IMG/VR virus record: IMGVR_UViG_3300032320_000927 | Location: 1-26,771 of that record | Direction: 5' to 3' (one strand) | Source: a virus | Lineage: Duplodnaviria; Caudoviricetes | DNA length: 26,771 nucleotides | Shown: positions 8,360-17,577 of the stretch, piece by piece | How the letters are laid out: each line of letters starts with the position of its first letter | Position numbering within the stretch: position 1 is the stretch's first letter | Notes under the pieces: generated by a model | Database searches by the model: none | Told to the model about the DNA's origin: nothing | Seen by the model: only the letters and a program-made list of their open reading frames with translations | Made by a program: the position numbers and the translations under genes

Positions 8360-11092
8360 TTAAGCGCCAACTTCTTCGAAAGAAATACCGCTTCTTGTTG
8401 CTATGAAATTTAACTGAATAAAATTAATAGCTCTTGATGGTTTAATGAAAATATCTGCAGTAAATTCATTTCTGTCTATGACTGCGGGAGTATTATTAGT
8501 TTCATCGCAAACTACTTTAAATTCTGTTATGCCTCTGCGACCTTGTACATCTCTTAAGAATGGTTCTACAATATTCTTAAATTGATTTCTTGTAAATGGA
8601 TCGTTGAATTCGAATAACTGGAATTTTGCTGCAGTTGCAATAGACTTCTCAAGAACAATAAACAATCTGCGAACATTAATTCTATCGAATGCACTTGGTC
8701 TTGATAGAAGAGTCTTATCTCCGAACAATAATGTGCCTTGGCCTGGGAATGTTACTACAGGATTGACCCCGCTCTTGTATAGTGTATCTCTATCTGTTTT
8801 AGATGGAGAATAAGCTAGTTTAACTAGATTCTTAATTACGCCCCTATTATAGCCCGCGGGCGAGAACCAAGGATCAGATATTAGATCTGTTCTTACTGCA
8901 AGACCAGCAATGTCACCATTTAGAGGAACATATCTGTATTTGTCGTTATATCGGTCATACTGATATTTCCAACCAGTATCCAGAACTGCATAAGATGAAG
9001 ATGTTAATTGATTTCTATAAGTGACAATCTTGTCTGCCTGCCCTGTGGTATTAACAACATCCACATAAGGAGGGGAAGCAAACACTACAGCGTCTCTTCT
9101 TGATTCAGCAATAGCAATCGCAGCATTAACAGCAGATACTGCAGTTGTTGGACCCATTGGAATTAGACCAACATCATATAATTCGTCATTTGAGAATAAT
9201 GCATATCCTGTTGAAACATTTCCTGTCGAAACGCTATCCCCTGAAACGCCGCCGGTTAATGTGGTTGTTATGTTTGCCGCTAAACTTCCAAATGCTGTTG
9301 ATTTTGCTTCAGCTCCCCAGTTTGTAACGTTGGGTTGTGAAGTCGCGTTGAATTGCGGATGATCTAAAGACCAAATATATTCAGATTGATTATTAATTAC
9401 ATTCTTATAATAGTTGGTTGAGCCGTCGCTATTCTTAGCATCAGATGCCTTGGATACATATGCATATTTTTCTAAGATTGTACCCGCAGTTCCCGACCAA
9501 GATCCATCCACGTCTATAACTAAAATATGTAGTTCATCGTTAGAACCAGATTTTTCGCTAACATACGCAGATGTACCAGGAGTGCCATTAAATTGTGACC
9601 GATATAACCATGTACTATAGGTTGCGGAATCCGCCATAGAAACTTTAATAGAATTTCCTAAAGCACCAGGATATTTTGCAGCAAATTCTCCAAATGTTAA
9701 ACCGCTTGAGGAATAGTTTAAAACAAAATTCTCACTATTTGTTATAACAGGAGGATTTAAAGATATATTAACGCTAAAGTTAAGTAGTTCTATATCGTCA
9801 GAAAAGATAGAAGCTATATTTGCATTTGCTGTATATCCTAACCCCGGATTTGTTATAGTAACAGTTTGTATAGGGTATTTAACTGTTGCATTTGCTGTAA
9901 CATTTGCAGTAATAAAATTTAAATCAGCTGTTGCTGGAGTAATTACTACAGAGGGGGTAGTATTTTGATAACCATATCCATTTCCTGTTAAAGTTAATGT
10001 ACTAACATATGCGCTAATACGAGCTTGAACCGCAGCATTTGTGCCGCCCAATAAATTATTTCTATTAATTATTACATAAGGAATTTGAGCATATCCAGCA
10101 AGACCAGGATTAATGATATTAATTCTATCAATATACCCATAAGCAACGTTTGCAACTACGACTGCATTGGTTCCAGTGTTTGCACTGTTTCTATTAATTG
10201 TTACGTTTGGCGCGCCAATATATCCATTACCCTGGGTTACTATTGTTATGCCAGTAATATTACCATTGGTAATAATTAAATTTGCTGTAGCATGTACGCC
10301 GGTTGCTTCGATATTTCCTGAAAATACAATATTTGCATTAGAATCATAATTCGACCCAATAACAGAAATATTGGCATCTCTCATCTTATATCTTACTACT
10401 AGACTAGCACTTGCGGATGTTGAATCTTGATTTTCTATTATAATATTGGATGAAGTAGTGTAGTTATTACCGCCATCTAATACAAATATATTAGATATTT
10501 GTCCACTTGATAATATTGCTCTTGCAGTAGCAGAACTTGTAGGTGAGCCGCCTATAAAGCTAACAGATGGTGCAGTATTATATCCAAACCCAGTGTTTGT
10601 TACTGTTAAACTTACTACCTTTCCATTACTAGTATTTAAAACCACATTGCCTCTTGCTCTATCAATAAGACCTACATTTGGGTTATCATCATAATGATAT
10701 ATATCTTTATCAAAAAATACAACTAAATTTGCAGTAGAGGTAAAATATATTTGGTCGGTTGTATTATTCGTAGGAATGTTAACCCCCGTAACTGTACCAG
10801 AGGGTCTAGAAACAGCATTTCTCGCAACGCCCTTATCCACAACGCGGACTACTTTTAAATTATTACCATACGATAAGAAATTTGCAGCAGTAAAGAAATA
10901 TCCTGCAGTGGTATCATTTGGTTTACCAAAAGCAGTAACTAAATTTGTTTCTGAATCTACAGTCGTTACTTCTTCTACAGGACCCCATTGGAATGCGCCT
11001 GCGAACCCTCCAGATGTGGTTGCAACTGTTGGAACAACTGTTGTTCTGTCCTGTTCCGTTACTACAACGCCAGGTGAAAGCTGAAATGCCAT
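8360..11092 (-). CDS. gp18: Contractile tail sheath protein with a large repeat insertion
   Basis: MAFQLSPGVVVTEQD, FQWGPV, FFTAANFLSYG, PWFSPAGYNRG, GDKT, FDRINVRRLF, FEFND. 910 aa, against about 660 aa for T4 gp18. Confidence 0.97.
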   Translation of the reverse strand: MAFQLSPGVVVTEQDRTTVVPTVATTSGGFAGAFQWGPVEEVTTVDSETNLVTAFGKPNDTTAGYFFTAANFLSYGNNLKVVRVVDKGVARNAVSRPSGTVTGVNIPTNNTTDQIYFTSTANLVVFFDKDIYHYDDNPNVGLIDRARGNVVLNTSNGKVVSLTVTNTGFGYNTAPSVSFIGGSPTSSATARAILSSGQISNIFVLDGGNNYTTSSNIIIENQDSTSASASLVVRYKMRDANISVIGSNYDSNANIVFSGNIEATGVHATANLIITNGNITGITIVTQGNGYIGAPNVTINRNSANTGTNAVVVANVAYGYIDRINIINPGLAGYAQIPYVIINRNNLLGGTNAAVQARISAYVSTLTLTGNGYGYQNTTPSVVITPATADLNFITANVTANATVKYPIQTVTITNPGLGYTANANIASIFSDDIELLNFSVNISLNPPVITNSENFVLNYSSSGLTFGEFAAKYPGALGNSIKVSMADSATYSTWLYRSQFNGTPGTSAYVSEKSGSNDELHILVIDVDGSWSGTAGTILEKYAYVSKASDAKNSDGSTNYYKNVINNQSEYIWSLDHPQFNATSQPNVTNWGAEAKSTAFGSLAANITTTLTGGVSGDSVSTGNVSTGYALFSNDELYDVGLIPMGPTTAVSAVNAAIAIAESRRDAVVFASPPYVDVVNTTGQADKIVTYRNQLTSSSYAVLDTGWKYQYDRYNDKYRYVPLNGDIAGLAVRTDLISDPWFSPAGYNRGVIKNLVKLAYSPSKTDRDTLYKSGVNPVVTFPGQGTLLFGDKTLLSRPSAFDRINVRRLFIVLEKSIATAAKFQLFEFNDPFTRNQFKNIVEPFLRDVQGRRGITEFKVVCDETNNTPAVIDRNEFTADIFIKPSRAINFIQLNFIATRSGISFEEVGA
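9795..10618 (-). repeat. About seven degenerate ~40-aa repeats (hydrophobic strand-NxGxGY-P-strand) within gp18
   Basis: Cores TNTGFGY, DGGNNY, VIGSNY, TQGNGY, NPGLAGY, GNGYGY, TNPGLGY at roughly 40-aa spacing. Boundaries approximate. Confidence 0.75.
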
Positions 11093-11144
11093 CGTCTTCT
11101 CCTTGATAATTTTATAGATATTTGTCTATATTATGATTTCTATT

Positions 11145-11152
11145 TATTTATA
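11145..11152 (-). promoter_or_regulatory. T4-type late promoter for gp18
   Basis: Exact TATAAATA (within TATAAATAAATA) in the gp17-gp18 gap, upstream of an AAGGAGA RBS. Confidence 0.88.
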
Positions 11153-11163
11153 AGTACTGTCTT

Positions 11164-12837
11164 TTAGACATTTTCAAGGAATCTTCTTTGCGCTTCTTCA
11201 ATTTCTTGCGGAGATTTTGATGCTGCATTAAACCAAATTGCGTCTGTCATAATTTGAGGTTTTTCTTCTTCAGGAATACCATTTTCTATAATACCAAATG
11301 GAGTCAGATTTTCTTCAATTTGTTTGAATTGTTCCTCGTATAAGGCTTTCCTGAGATTGGTGTCGGTTAAATCTTTAAAGAATAGTTCATTTGTTGCCCA
11401 TGCAAATAGTACCAAACACATTACCAAATCGTCCTGATACCCCTCGTCTGCCTTATGGGTTCCCCTGACTTCTATGAATGTAGATATTTCATTAATTATA
11501 TCGGGGTCGTGAATTAGCAGTTTGGTACTTTCCACCAAACTCTTAAAGGAAGTACATCCTAAGCGTTTTACCTGTTTAGTAGTTCTAACCCCCAGAGTCG
11601 CCCCTGAAGAGAATCCTCCTGAGAGATATTGTCCACTCTTACTATTACTTCCTACAAAGAATACGTTTTCGTATTCCAAATCCATATAAAGCGAATCTGC
11701 AACCTGCTGCCCATTATCGTTGATCTCTATCAAACAATAGGCTTTATTATAATCTTTCGCTACTTTATATATTATATTTGGAAAAAGTAGGGGACTGATT
11801 TTATTGTTTCTATATTTTGCAACAACCGAGTATGGATACGCAGTAATATCAAGAACAGTAAACGCTGAGTAATCTCCACCGACTCCCCTAGAAGTATCGG
11901 CTACCAACATGTATATGTGTTCTTCTTCAGGCTCTACAAAAATATCCAATCCATCCTTAGTATATACATAGGGTTTAACGGACATTTTTCCAATAGTATC
12001 TGGATTAATTAGTGTGTTAGAAGATCCTAAGAAATTACATAAAACCTCTTGATTAAACTTAAGTTCACCAAGCATGGCTTTTTGTTCTGCCGCCCACTTA
12101 TCATCCCTGCCAGGAATTCTATTATATGGGATAAACAGGGACACAAAACCATTCAGTCCCTGTTCTGCCTCATTCCAGAATTTCCAAAAATGATTATAAC
12201 CTAGCGGTGTAGATGTAAGAAGAATTTTTGTAGTAGTACCCGCAGAAATTGTCGGATAAACAGATGTAAAAAATTCCTCTGCAACATTATTTGGAATAAT
12301 TGCCGCCTCATCAATATATAACCAATTTACAGATTTACCTCGAATACCCGATGTACTTGTTGCCGCTGTAAATACTTTGGATCCGTTTTCAAGTTCAATA
12401 TCGCCCTTGTTAAATGTCTTGACACCTTGCTGCATCCATATTGGAAGCATTTCATACATTAGCTCATACCGAGATAACACTTCGCGCGCTGCGGATGACT
12501 TGTTAGCAAGAATAGCAACTGTTTTATTTTCCTGAAATAACGTATACCAAAGAATGCATGCAGCAGATGTGATAGTCTTGCCTTGTTGGCGACCTTCCAT
12601 CAGAATCACTTTACGATTATTTAGAATCGTATGTACTTTTTCTTTTTGACAATCGTACAATTTGAATGGAATTAACCCTCTATCCAATGAAACTATTTGA
12701 CAATAATTTTCAATAAAGTAAATTGGATCCTGAGAACACTTAATGATTTCCGTAACCTGTTCTTTGGTATACGATATGGTAGTACCAATTTGTTTTAAAT
12801 TGGGATTACCGTTATATGATGTAGGTTTATTGCTCAA
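11164..12837 (-). CDS. gp17: Terminase large subunit
   Basis: Walker A GRQQGKT, Walker B LYIDE, motif III TSTP, nuclease motifs VADTSRG and DDLVM. No intein or intron evident. Confidence 0.98.
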   Translation of the reverse strand: MSNKPTSYNGNPNLKQIGTTISYTKEQVTEIIKCSQDPIYFIENYCQIVSLDRGLIPFKLYDCQKEKVHTILNNRKVILMEGRQQGKTITSAACILWYTLFQENKTVAILANKSSAAREVLSRYELMYEMLPIWMQQGVKTFNKGDIELENGSKVFTAATSTSGIRGKSVNWLYIDEAAIIPNNVAEEFFTSVYPTISAGTTTKILLTSTPLGYNHFWKFWNEAEQGLNGFVSLFIPYNRIPGRDDKWAAEQKAMLGELKFNQEVLCNFLGSSNTLINPDTIGKMSVKPYVYTKDGLDIFVEPEEEHIYMLVADTSRGVGGDYSAFTVLDITAYPYSVVAKYRNNKISPLLFPNIIYKVAKDYNKAYCLIEINDNGQQVADSLYMDLEYENVFFVGSNSKSGQYLSGGFSSGATLGVRTTKQVKRLGCTSFKSLVESTKLLIHDPDIINEISTFIEVRGTHKADEGYQDDLVMCLVLFAWATNELFFKDLTDTNLRKALYEEQFKQIEENLTPFGIIENGIPEEEKPQIMTDAIWFNAASKSPQEIEEAQRRFLENV

Positions 12838-13258
12838 TTATATTACCGTTATCTTTATGTTGTTTCAATGCTTTAAATAACTCTGCGGTTGATCCTGCAA
12901 ACACCACATTATTCTGAGTACCAATTTTTTGTTGCGGATCGTCTGCTTTTAATTCTTTAACTTGTTTCTGTAAATTTAAAAGATCTTTGGAAACATCAGA
13001 CATAGTCTTCATAAATTGTCCTGCAACCTCATATGTCCTAGGATGCTCAGAATTTTTAGACAATTCAATAAGATCATCCAATGTGGTTTCACCCTTCATT
13101 AGGAGTTTTCTCATAGTCTGTCTTGCCAATTGATAATCATCTTCCTGATCTATTTCCTTGTTGGAATTCATTGCCTCAGGAATAGTAGTTAGTTCCATGG
13201 ATTTTTCTGTCATGGGATCTAAATTAAATAGATTATTTAGTTGTTCAATATTTTTCAT
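12827..13258 (-). CDS. gp16: Terminase small subunit
   Basis: DDYQLAR, SEHPRTYEVAGQ, NNVVFAGSTAEL. Overlaps the start of gp17. Confidence 0.93.
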   Translation of the reverse strand: MKNIEQLNNLFNLDPMTEKSMELTTIPEAMNSNKEIDQEDDYQLARQTMRKLLMKGETTLDDLIELSKNSEHPRTYEVAGQFMKTMSDVSKDLLNLQKQVKELKADDPQQKIGTQNNVVFAGSTAELFKALKQHKDNGNIIEQ

Positions 13259-14014
13259 TTAAAAATCTTCAAAGGTACTAAGATATGTTACATTACCGGC
13301 AGGAATAGTATTTGCTAAATCGCCGGTTCCTTCTACAATTATTCTAGACTGCTGAGAACTTAATGCCGCATCTTTAAACGTATTAGTTGTAACCTTATTA
13401 ATAATACCTTGTTTATTAACGGGGCCATAAAAGTTCAATTTCATAACAAAACTTAATGTCCACATAATTGCACGGCGGGTAGTCATATCCCCCTCATAAT
13501 CATCGGTAAATCCAATAGAATTTAATATTATGGGAAGGTCATTATTAATATTTAGTTGAGGAATAGCGTGAATTGTTAAGTTATAATCTGGATTAAAGTA
13601 GGGCAATATTTGTTCTATAATTTGTAGGCCGTCATCTTGATTCTTGGCATAGATATACAGTAATACATTTATGTTATACGGAGTAGGTGCATACTGAGCA
13701 GAGGCGGATGTAGAACTATTAATAGTCCTACTTTGTTGCATTGGACTAATTTTTCTGTTAGGATCATAATCTAGCGAAACCATTTCAAATCCCATTCTAG
13801 GAAGAATGACTTGAAAATTAGTATTATCCACATTAGGCTGTTGCTTAATTTTAGCCAAGAATTTTTGTTGGGGAGAATACGCTAGCGGCACTCGCTGTAG
13901 TTGTACTACATTTCCAGCAGCATCCTTACGTTCAATAGTAATATTATTGAACATATTACCAAAAGCAACAATTGCTTTACGTATGGTACCCCAGTAAAAT
14001 CTTTGATCTAACAT
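13259..14014 (-). CDS. gp15: Tail sheath stabiliser / terminator
   Basis: IRKAIVAFGNMFNNI, VPLAYSPQQKFL, LPRMGFE, QIIEQILPYFNP, DDYEGD, FYGP. Confidence 0.95.
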   Translation of the reverse strand: MLDQRFYWGTIRKAIVAFGNMFNNITIERKDAAGNVVQLQRVPLAYSPQQKFLAKIKQQPNVDNTNFQVILPRMGFEMVSLDYDPNRKISPMQQSRTINSSTSASAQYAPTPYNINVLLYIYAKNQDDGLQIIEQILPYFNPDYNLTIHAIPQLNINNDLPIILNSIGFTDDYEGDMTTRRAIMWTLSFVMKLNFYGPVNKQGIINKVTTNTFKDAALSSQQSRIIVEGTGDLANTIPAGNVTYLSTFEDF

Positions 14015-14769
14015 TATTGGAATACCTCACCAAACGGATTTCTTTCAGAAAAATCTAACACATCTTTTCCTTCGTCAGTAAATGATTCATTTTGGGCGCC
14101 AATTTGTACGTGCCCACCTGTAGATAAACTATAATTTTCCAGTATAACTGGAGTCAATGCATTTACTTCAAATAATAAAGCATCGCCTGTTTCTAATAAT
14201 AACTGATGGTCTTCTAGATCAAGAGTAGCATCTGCAGTTAGACTATCAATTTCATAAACACCCGTATTGAATCTTTCATTAGAAAATTGATATAATTCAC
14301 ACATCATTTTATAGACGTATAATTTGCCAATCTGATAGAAAGGTTCTTGCCCCTCAACCTTGCGTATTTCAAAAAACGATTTAGATTTCGGAAAGAATAT
14401 TATATCGCCTTCTGTCGGGCGAGGAAGTATAGTTACATTCTGCGAACCAATTACATCTGTCCATCTTCTTCTTGATACTATAAAATTTCCCGTATCTCGT
14501 ATTTCTAAACCAAATTTAGACATCAATTCTCCGTCACCCTGAAACCCCATTGTGTTTTCCAAATACATCTCAATGGGAAAAGCATAATCAAAAGTGTTCA
14601 AGGGATCTTCGGATAAAATAGAATCCAAACTGTTAGACTTACGCGGCAAGTAATAGACCTCAAAGCCATAAATCTTCATGGATTCGATCATTAAGTCTTC
14701 GTACAGATTCTGTTCAGAAGTCCTACCAATCGTACCACCAGATTGAAAATAAGGGTTAACGGTTGCCAT
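14014..14769 (-). CDS. gp14: Neck protein (head closure)
   Basis: EQNLYEDLMIES, YYLPR, SKFGLEIRD, RPTEGDIIFFP, FYQIGK, DFSERNPFGE. Confidence 0.95.
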   Translation of the reverse strand: MATVNPYFQSGGTIGRTSEQNLYEDLMIESMKIYGFEVYYLPRKSNSLDSILSEDPLNTFDYAFPIEMYLENTMGFQGDGELMSKFGLEIRDTGNFIVSRRRWTDVIGSQNVTILPRPTEGDIIFFPKSKSFFEIRKVEGQEPFYQIGKLYVYKMMCELYQFSNERFNTGVYEIDSLTADATLDLEDHQLLLETGDALLFEVNALTPVILENYSLSTGGHVQIGAQNESFTDEGKDVLDFSERNPFGEVFQ

Positions 14770-14776
14770 AATTGTA

Positions 14777-14805
14777 TTGACTTTCTATTGACAAGGTGTT
14801 ATCAT
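14777..14805 (+). promoter_or_regulatory. Putative sigma70 promoter, antisense to gp13
   Basis: TTGACT (14777-14782), 17-bp spacer ending in TG-n, TATCAT (14800-14805). A second TTGACA at 14788-14793. Lies in a 70-bp intergenic gap. Confidence 0.55.
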
Positions 14806-14839
14806 TTGCTATGTACCCTGTTAATAAAATACTTTAAGT

Positions 14840-15583
14840 TTATCCTGTAAAGAAATCTACAGGTAATTCGAATCTAGATTGCATTTCAGATTCAATCTGT
14901 TTTATTTCATCTATTGCATCTTGATAAATCTGATCCGCATTAATTGTTACTCCCCCAGGTAATTGTACTCCGTTAAACTTCTTCAAGTTCTCACCCCATT
15001 GACGTTTAATCAATGCAGTACAATATCTCTTAAGGAACATATCGTTATATACGTCTCTATATGTTTCTGGATCTAATATCCTATAGCATTCTACGATAAT
15101 GAAATCTCCTACGGTAGCATCTGCTGACCAATCCATATCCATGTACAGACGATTCATATGTCTATTAAATCTTATAGGCTTTGTGCCCACTAATATCTGA
15201 TTAATTAATTCTAATTCCTGTTTAACCTGATAATAGTAAATAATGTTTGTAGACATTAAACTATATAAGTCATTCAATAGTATTTGATACCTAACGCTAA
15301 ATATGTTAGTGCCATCTGACTTATTACTAAATGGTAGTATACGACTTACACCGACCACTGCATCTGGTACTGAAATATATTGATTGGCAATATCTTCAGC
15401 TGTAAATTGGTGTTTTAGATAAACTAATTCAACTGCATCATAATGGTATTCTCTATAGAATTGAAAAGCATCATCTATTCGATCTTCGATTTGATTTTCT
15501 TCGACATTTATTTCAATAACGGGAGCGCCTAATCTTCGTAAGCAATAATCCTTTAATTGATCTCTTGTTGTTACTGTAGCCAT
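14840..15583 (-). CDS. gp13: Neck protein (head-tail adaptor)
   Basis: LKDYCLRRLGAPVIEINV, YHYDA, FLKRYCTALIKRQWGENLKKFNGVQLPGGVTIN. Confidence 0.96.
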   Translation of the reverse strand: MATVTTRDQLKDYCLRRLGAPVIEINVEENQIEDRIDDAFQFYREYHYDAVELVYLKHQFTAEDIANQYISVPDAVVGVSRILPFSNKSDGTNIFSVRYQILLNDLYSLMSTNIIYYYQVKQELELINQILVGTKPIRFNRHMNRLYMDMDWSADATVGDFIIVECYRILDPETYRDVYNDMFLKRYCTALIKRQWGENLKKFNGVQLPGGVTINADQIYQDAIDEIKQIESEMQSRFELPVDFFTG

Positions 15584-15909
15584 TATCGAGTTACTCCAGG
15601 GTTAACTGTTGCTATACCTTCTTGTATTCTTATTGTAGTATTTGCAGTATTTGCAGATATATCATACACATATCTACCGTCAAGGTTTGCAGTTTGAGAT
15701 GCAGTCAAGGATATTGAAATGTTGCCATTTGCTGCATTTTCTAATACTGTAGTAAATGAAACAGAGTTAGATGAATAGTAAGATTTTCTTAATTGAGCTT
15801 TTACATCATACCCAACCAAAGATATCGGTGTTTTTGAGATATCTAAATATTGAGCATAATCGATAAAAGATGCTCGTTGGTCTATGTTTATATTTTTATT
15901 CGTTGCCAT
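15583..15909 (-). CDS. Small beta-sandwich virion protein typical of aquatic T4-like phages
   Basis: NINIDQ, AQLRKSY, ISLTASQT, GRYVYDI, RIQEG..TVNPGVTR pattern. Coupled to gp13 by TAATG. Confidence 0.75.
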   Translation of the reverse strand: MATNKNINIDQRASFIDYAQYLDISKTPISLVGYDVKAQLRKSYYSSNSVSFTTVLENAANGNISISLTASQTANLDGRYVYDISANTANTTIRIQEGIATVNPGVTR

Positions 15910-15914
15910 TGTAG

Positions 15915-15922
15915 TATTTATT
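15915..15922 (-). promoter_or_regulatory. Variant late promoter (AATAAATA) upstream of the 108-aa gene / neck operon
   Basis: ATAAATA core 5 bp upstream of the ATG, with no Shine-Dalgarno in between. Confidence 0.55.
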
Positions 15923-16409
15923 AGTTAAATCTTCCGTAATAAACTCGATAGGATATCGTAACTCCTACATCTCCTATTGCAAATCCCGAGGTCCCCCTAT
16001 CAAAATTATTAGTGCATATAAGTTTTAAACTTCCCTGATCCTGTATACAATCTAATACTGATGTGCCTAACACAGAATTTGTTGCCTGATCTTTTATAAT
16101 TCTTAACATAGTAGAACCTAGAGCAGGAAGAACTTTACCATTAGTATCAGCAACCCCTCCAGTAATTTTTATTAATGGAAAAATAAAATTATTAGAATTA
16201 TCTGTAGAGATATAAGTATCTGCTAATGTTACTAAAGTATCTACTCTTGTTAAAGTTTGTTGTCCTATGGATAAAGATAATCCGGGGACAGCTACATTAC
16301 CTGTAACTTCGTGTAAGATGTGAGGCATTTTACTATTTAACGAAAATTTAGTACTACCTAAATTATCTGTTATTGTAAAAGCATTATTTTTATTTAAAGA
16401 TATTCCCAT
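15921..16409 (-). CDS. Hypothetical beta-rich protein, putative fibre-tip component
   Basis: 162-aa ORF tightly packed in the fibre cassette. N-terminal FTITDNLGSTKFS pattern. Confidence 0.65.
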   Translation of the reverse strand: MGISLNKNNAFTITDNLGSTKFSLNSKMPHILHEVTGNVAVPGLSLSIGQQTLTRVDTLVTLADTYISTDNSNNFIFPLIKITGGVADTNGKVLPALGSTMLRIIKDQATNSVLGTSVLDCIQDQGSLKLICTNNFDRGTSGFAIGDVGVTISYRVYYGRFN

Positions 16410-16410
16410 A

Positions 16411-17577
16411 TTAAATTATCCTTAAATACTGTACATTACTAGTAAAATCTATTATAGTTCCGCTATTATATGTTGTACTATTATAATTATAAGTCAAATC
16501 TTTACCCGACGTTTTAATAGTTGGACCATTTTGCCATATAAAAGTACCCGAGGCCAATATTGATTGTGCTGCAACATCATACAATCCTCCGGATAAAGGA
16601 TTAAAATTACTTGCATTATCTATTGTTCTGCCTTCGTAGTAACCTGTAGTTATATAATGTATAGTTGCATTGTAAGTATCATAACCATATAATGTCCGTA
16701 AATCCGAATACTTATTTAAATATGCGACAGGATCAAAAGTAATTGTTCTTCCTTCTAGTGCTCCTGCTCTTGCATAGTGATCTTGTCCTTTTTTATAATC
16801 TGCACCAAATGCAACAATAAGATCAGTGTAACTTGCAATATACCGTAATGCTTCTTCGGGTGTAATATAAAAAATTGTAATAGGTAATGTTCCTGTTACT
16901 TTAGTATTTGCCCCCGGAATACTTTGAACGTATGAGCTTGGATTAATAACAGCAGTACTTGATGTTATCCGTTCGCCTCCATTTAAATTTCGCAAAGCCA
17001 AATTTAATTCAGTAGGGGTATAAACATATACAGTTGGATTTTTTCCGTCTAGTCCAACTAACGGAGAAATAAAAGATTCTGCAGTATATAGTAAATTTTT
17101 GCTAATTTCTATGGCATATCCTAAAACACCTTTTTGGACATATGAATATTTTCCTGCATTCTTTTCCCAGTCATAATGAGTATATTTTGTTAGTTGTCTA
17201 ATTATTCCTGTAAAAGATAGTCCTTGTATTTCAAAATTATAAAAACCTGTTCTAATTGGAGGTTTATCTATTAGTAATAAATTTACAAAATTATCCAAAT
17301 TTAAATCTCCTAATATAGAATAATTTTCTATAAAAGGTCCGTTAATTGGATTTGATGCATCTAATGTTTGTCTTGTTGCTGAATCATTATACGACCCATA
17401 AAGCAAACCATCTTCTGTTTCTTGATATAATCTTAATTCGGATGCAACTAATGTTTTAGTAAATGAAAATGTTCCTGTTTCTAATTGATTATTATCTTTA
17501 ACAATATGTGATTTTAGTGTAGTAAATACGTTACTTAGTGTGACTAAGTTTGAAGATAAATTTAAAAGATAAGACAT
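16411..17577 (-). CDS. Hypothetical protein with two Y-x-DL...HY...G..EGR repeats, putative receptor-binding / fibre-tip protein
   Basis: 388-aa ORF abutting both neighbours. Tandem repeat YIASYTDL..HYARAGALEGRTI / YLNKYSDL..HYITTGYYEGRTI. Confidence 0.7.
   Translation of the reverse strand: MSYLLNLSSNLVTLSNVFTTLKSHIVKDNNQLETGTFSFTKTLVASELRLYQETEDGLLYGSYNDSATRQTLDASNPINGPFIENYSILGDLNLDNFVNLLLIDKPPIRTGFYNFEIQGLSFTGIIRQLTKYTHYDWEKNAGKYSYVQKGVLGYAIEISKNLLYTAESFISPLVGLDGKNPTVYVYTPTELNLALRNLNGGERITSSTAVINPSSYVQSIPGANTKVTGTLPITIFYITPEEALRYIASYTDLIVAFGADYKKGQDHYARAGALEGRTITFDPVAYLNKYSDLRTLYGYDTYNATIHYITTGYYEGRTIDNASNFNPLSGGLYDVAAQSILASGTFIWQNGPTIKTSGKDLTYNYNSTTYNSGTIIDFTSNVQYLRII

Noticed and set aside
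9750-10810. Apparent abundance of N-x-S/T sequons in the sheath insert
   Set aside because: About 13 counted by hand, close to what the high Asn and Ser/Thr content would give by chance. Not evidence of classical N-glycosylation.
2050-12837. Introns, inteins or homing endonucleases in gp17, gp20 or gp23
   Set aside because: The ORFs are continuous and of normal length, with no Hint or endonuclease motifs.
13234-13240. CTAAATA late-promoter variant inside gp16
   Set aside because: Within coding sequence, far from the next start codon, and expected by chance in AT-rich DNA.
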